From Candidatus Epulonipiscium viviparus (GTDB taxonomy: Bacteria > Bacillota > Clostridia > Lachnospirales > Cellulosilyticaceae), in the NCBI RefSeq assembly GCF_030708075.1, contig NZ_CP117982.1, positions 1,183,228 through 1,215,227 of the forward strand: a DNA stretch of 32,000 bases. Reading direction: 5' to 3'. The notes under the pieces are model-generated. The model searched no databases, was not told where the DNA came from, and worked only from the letters and a program-made list of their open reading frames with translations. The translations under genes and the position numbers were made by a program. Numbering within the stretch: position 1 is the first letter of the stretch; each line of letters opens with the position of its first letter. Below are positions 28,800-32,000 of the stretch, piece by piece.

Positions 28800-31271
28800 A
28801 TGAAAAAAAGACTAACACTAGGATTAATGATGACAACACTGATGCTTGGTATTACAGGTTGTGCAAACGAAAACAATGTAGTTCAATCAAGTGCCAATGT
28901 CGATAATATAACAAAAGTGGAAAAGCCAAAACCTACAGTAAAAACAGGATCAAAAACTACTATAAAAGAAGAAATAGGGGCTAGTGAGGAGGAGCAAGGG
29001 ACTGAAATTGCAATTATACATACCAATGATATTCACTGCGCTATAGAAAAAAATATGGGTTATGCAGGTGTTTCTGCATTTAAAAATGAAATGAATACAT
29101 TGTATGGAGAAGAAAATGTAGTTCTTGTTGACGCTGGAGACGCTATACAAGGTGGCCCAATAGGAAAGCTCACTCAAGGAGAAGCTATAGTAAATATAAT
29201 GAATGAAGTAGGATACGATGTCTTTGTTCTTGGTAACCATGAATTCGACTATCAAATTCCACGCCTACTAGAACTAATGGATAAGATGGAAGCTGCGGTC
29301 ATTTCAAGTAACTTTATAGATATTGAAAAAGACATGCCCGTCTTTAAAGCCTATACAATGACAACCCATGGAGACACTAATATAGCCTACGTGGGTGCCA
29401 CAACTCCAGAAACTTTTACCAAATCAACTCCCGCATATTTTCAAAATGAAAAAGGTGAGTATATATACGACCTAAGCGAAGGTAAAAATGGCCAAGAATT
29501 ATATGATAGAGTTCAAAGTGCTGTAGACGAAGCTATTAAAGCAGGGGCCGATTATATTGTTGCACTTGTTCATCTTGGCATCGATAAAGGAAGCGCGCCT
29601 TGGCGATCTACAGACTTAATCACTAATACAACCGGAATTGATATTGTTATTGACGGGCACTCACACTCTGTTATATATGGAGAAACCGTGAAAAACGCAA
29701 TAGGTGAAGAGGTAATTTTAACTCAAGCCGGAACCAAGTTTGATGCCATAGGAAAAATTATAATCGACACAGCCACAGATGAAATAGAAGCCACGGTGAT
29801 TCCGAACTACGACAAAAAAGATGAACGTATTCAAAATTTTATTGCTGGAATAAACGAAGAGTTCGATGAGCTTTTAAATCAAGTAGTGGCAACTTCAAGC
29901 GTACATCTCGCAACCATCGATCCCAAAACCAAAATGAGAATTATAAGAAATAACGAAACTAACTTAGGTGACCTCGTAACAGATGCCTATAGAAGTATTC
30001 TCGAAACTGATATAGCTTTGGTAAATGCTGGTGGAATCAGAGCCGATATTGAAGCCGGAGAAATCACAAATGAAGAAATAATCAATGTCCATCCTTGGGG
30101 CAATGCTGCAGTAGAAGTAGAAGTAACTGGCCAAACAATTCTAGATGCACTAGAAATGGGAGCAAAGAATATGCCTGATGAAAGTGGCGGATTTCTGCAC
30201 GTATCTGGATTAACATATTCCATCGATACCACTATTCCATCAGCAGTGACAGTAAACGATAAAGGAGAATTTTTATCTGTCGATGGCGCGTATCGAGTAA
30301 AAGATGTTTTTATCGGAGGAGAGCCCCTCAATCTAAACAAGTTATATTCTGTGGCATCGCATAATTACATGTTGCTATTATATGGAGATGGCATGACTAT
30401 GTTCAAGGATGCCAACGTGATTCGAGAAGATGTTATGGTCGATAACGAGGTGTTGATCAACTATATAACAAATAATTTAGGAGGAAATATCGTTGATGAA
30501 TATAGCGAAATCTATGGCGAAGGGCGCATCAAAATAATAACAGAAGCCAATAAAAATGATCAGTCAATAAATAAAACTGCGGATGTCATAGCTCTTGAAT
30601 CAGCGAATATCGAATCTCCGGAATTAGTAATACTTACAGATGAAGTGACCAATATCGCTGCGCTTGAATTATTGGAAGAAGATGGTGCGCTAGCCGAAGA
30701 AGCTGAAGATTTCGTTGCGCTTGAATCAGCGAATATCGAATCTCCGGAATTAGTAATACTTACAGATGAAGTGGCCGATGTCGTTGCGCTTGAATTATTG
30801 GAAGAAGATGGTGCGCTAGCCGAAGAATCTGCCAATGTCGTTGCGCTTGAATCAGCGGAAATCGAAGTTCTTACAACAGAAGAATTAGTACTACTTACAG
30901 ATGAAGTGGCACCGGTAGCCGAAGAAGCTGCCAATGTTGTTGCGCTTGAATCAGCGAATATCGAATCTCCGGAATTAGTAATACTTACAGATGAAGTGAC
31001 CAATATCGCTGCGCTTGAATTATTGGAAGAAGATGGTGCGCTAGCCGAAGAAGCTGAAGATTTCGTTGCGCTTGAATCAGCGAATATCGAATCTCCGGAA
31101 TTAGTAATACTTACAGATGAAGTGGCCGATGTCGTTGCGCTTGAATTATTGGAAGAAGATGGTGCGCTAGCCGAAGAATCTGCCAATGTCGTTGCGCTTG
31201 AATCAGCGGAAATCGAAGTTCCGGTTACAACAGAAGAATTAGTACTACTACAGATGAAGTGGCACCGGTAG
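28800..31271 (+). CDS. Lipoprotein bifunctional metallophosphatase/5'-nucleotidase with an acidic C-terminal tandem-repeat region (reading frame as called)
   Basis: The signal peptide has a lipobox (LMLGITG-C). Calcineurin-like motifs are IHTNDIHC, GDAIQGG, GNHEFD and DGHSH. The 5'-nucleotidase C-terminal domain is marked by NETNLGDLVTDA and NAGGIRADI. From about residue 595 the protein consists of acidic repeats. The ORF ends through a 1-nt frame break, not a natural-looking terminus. Confidence 0.85.
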   Translation: MKKRLTLGLMMTTLMLGITGCANENNVVQSSANVDNITKVEKPKPTVKTGSKTTIKEEIGASEEEQGTEIAIIHTNDIHCAIEKNMGYAGVSAFKNEMNTLYGEENVVLVDAGDAIQGGPIGKLTQGEAIVNIMNEVGYDVFVLGNHEFDYQIPRLLELMDKMEAAVISSNFIDIEKDMPVFKAYTMTTHGDTNIAYVGATTPETFTKSTPAYFQNEKGEYIYDLSEGKNGQELYDRVQSAVDEAIKAGADYIVALVHLGIDKGSAPWRSTDLITNTTGIDIVIDGHSHSVIYGETVKNAIGEEVILTQAGTKFDAIGKIIIDTATDEIEATVIPNYDKKDERIQNFIAGINEEFDELLNQVVATSSVHLATIDPKTKMRIIRNNETNLGDLVTDAYRSILETDIALVNAGGIRADIEAGEITNEEIINVHPWGNAAVEVEVTGQTILDALEMGAKNMPDESGGFLHVSGLTYSIDTTIPSAVTVNDKGEFLSVDGAYRVKDVFIGGEPLNLNKLYSVASHNYMLLLYGDGMTMFKDANVIREDVMVDNEVLINYITNNLGGNIVDEYSEIYGEGRIKIITEANKNDQSINKTADVIALESANIESPELVILTDEVTNIAALELLEEDGALAEEAEDFVALESANIESPELVILTDEVADVVALELLEEDGALAEESANVVALESAEIEVLTTEELVLLTDEVAPVAEEAANVVALESANIESPELVILTDEVTNIAALELLEEDGALAEEAEDFVALESANIESPELVILTDEVADVVALELLEEDGALAEESANVVALESAEIEVPVTTEELVLLQMKWHR

Positions 31272-32000
31272 CCGAAGAAGCTGCCAATGTCGTTGCGCTT
31301 GAATCAGCGGAAATCGAAGTTCCGGTTACAACAGAAGAATTAGTACTACTAGAAATCACAGATGAAGTGGCACCAGTAGCCGAAGAATCTGCCAATGTCG
31401 TTGCGCTTGAACTAGCGGAAATCGAAGTTCCGGTACAACAGAAGAATTAGTACTACTAGAAATCACAGATGAAGCGACACCAGTAGCCGAAGAAGCTGAA
31501 GATGTCGTTGCGCTTGAATTATTGGAAGAAGATGGTGCGCTCGTAGAAGAAGCGGAAGATTTCGTTGCGCTTGAACTAGCGAATATCGAATCTCCGGAAT
31601 TAGTAATACTTACAGATGAAGTGACCGAAATCGCTGCGCTTGAATTATTGGAAGAAGCATGGTGGCACTAGTAGAAGAAGCTGAAGATTTCGTTGCGCTT
31701 GAATCAGCGAATATCGAATCTCCGGAATTAGTAATACTTACAGATGAAGTGACCGATGTCGTTGCGCTTGAATCAGCGGAAATCGAATCTCCGGAATTAG
31801 TAATACTTGCAGATGAAGTGGCACCGGTAGCTGAAGAATCTGCCAATGTCGTTGCGCTTGAACTAGCGGAAATCGAAGTTCCAGTTACAACAGAAGAATT
31901 AGTACTACTAGAAATCACAGATGAAGTGGCACCGGTAGCCGAAGAATCTGCCAATGTCGTTGCGCTTGAACTAGCGGAAATCGAAGTTCCGGTTACAACA
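30591..32000 (+). repeat. Coding tandem repeats of acidic ~13-40 aa motifs, organised into a 351-bp higher-order unit and continuing past the window end
   Basis: The motifs are ALESANIESPELVILTDEV..., ALELLEEDGALAEEAEDFV and ALESAEIEVPVTTEELVLL(EI)TDEVAPVAEE. The segment starting at 30597 is repeated at 30948, identical by eye over about 270 bp. Confidence 0.9.
31251..32000 (+). pseudogene. Continuation of the nucleotidase repeat region in shifted frames (disrupted gene or assembly error)
   Basis: The same acidic repeat peptides can be read in other frames after breaks near 31250, 31434 and 31657-31668. The final segment is open to position 32000. Confidence 0.55.

Noticed and set aside
24427-28800. 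Evidence that the GTPase operon is carried on a mobile element or prophage.
   Set aside because: I could see no integrase, transposase, recombinase, tRNA attachment site, phage structural genes or flanking direct or inverted repeats. Horizontal origin is therefore only inferred from context.
30560-31954. Ser/Thr/Ala-rich minus-strand ORFs (30560..31186, 208 aa; 31610..31954, 114 aa).
   Set aside because: They are the antisense reading of the acidic GAA/GAT-rich repeats. The plus-strand frame is contiguous with the nucleotidase catalytic domains and carries the signal peptide. The antisense ORFs have no SD or independent context.

Overview
This is the AT-rich chromosomal origin region of a low-GC Gram-positive (Bacillota-type) bacterium. 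The left arm, on the minus strand, carries rsmG(partial)-mnmG-mnmE-yidC-yidD-rnpA-rpmH. The right arm, on the plus strand, carries dnaA, an oriC with 15 co-oriented DnaA boxes, then dnaN-yaaA-recF-gyrB-gyrA. After gyrA come a membrane-anchored C39-like peptidase, a DAG/lipid kinase and a GH2 glycosidase. From about 20.0 to 28.5 kb an 8.5 kb block runs on the minus strand, head-on to replication. It holds a uracil permease, a 1.4 kb modular tandem-repeat array with no long ORF, cdd, rpsI and rplM. The most interesting part of this block is a tightly packed operon at 24634..28542 with its own sigma-A-like promoter. Its first gene encodes a P-loop GTPase (G1/G3/G4 motifs readable) with a C-terminal coiled coil. 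Next is a protein of unknown function that is split at an A10 tract, followed by three all-helical or coiled-coil proteins with no motif I recognise. I flag this operon as the candidate undescribed system: GTPase-centred, possibly conflict/defence or membrane/cytoskeletal. The window ends with a divergently transcribed lipoprotein 5'-nucleotidase. Its C-terminus runs into a highly acidic tandem-repeat region of at least 1.4 kb, with a near-perfect 351-bp duplication and three frame disruptions. I saw no rRNA, tRNA, CRISPR array, transposase or integrase.
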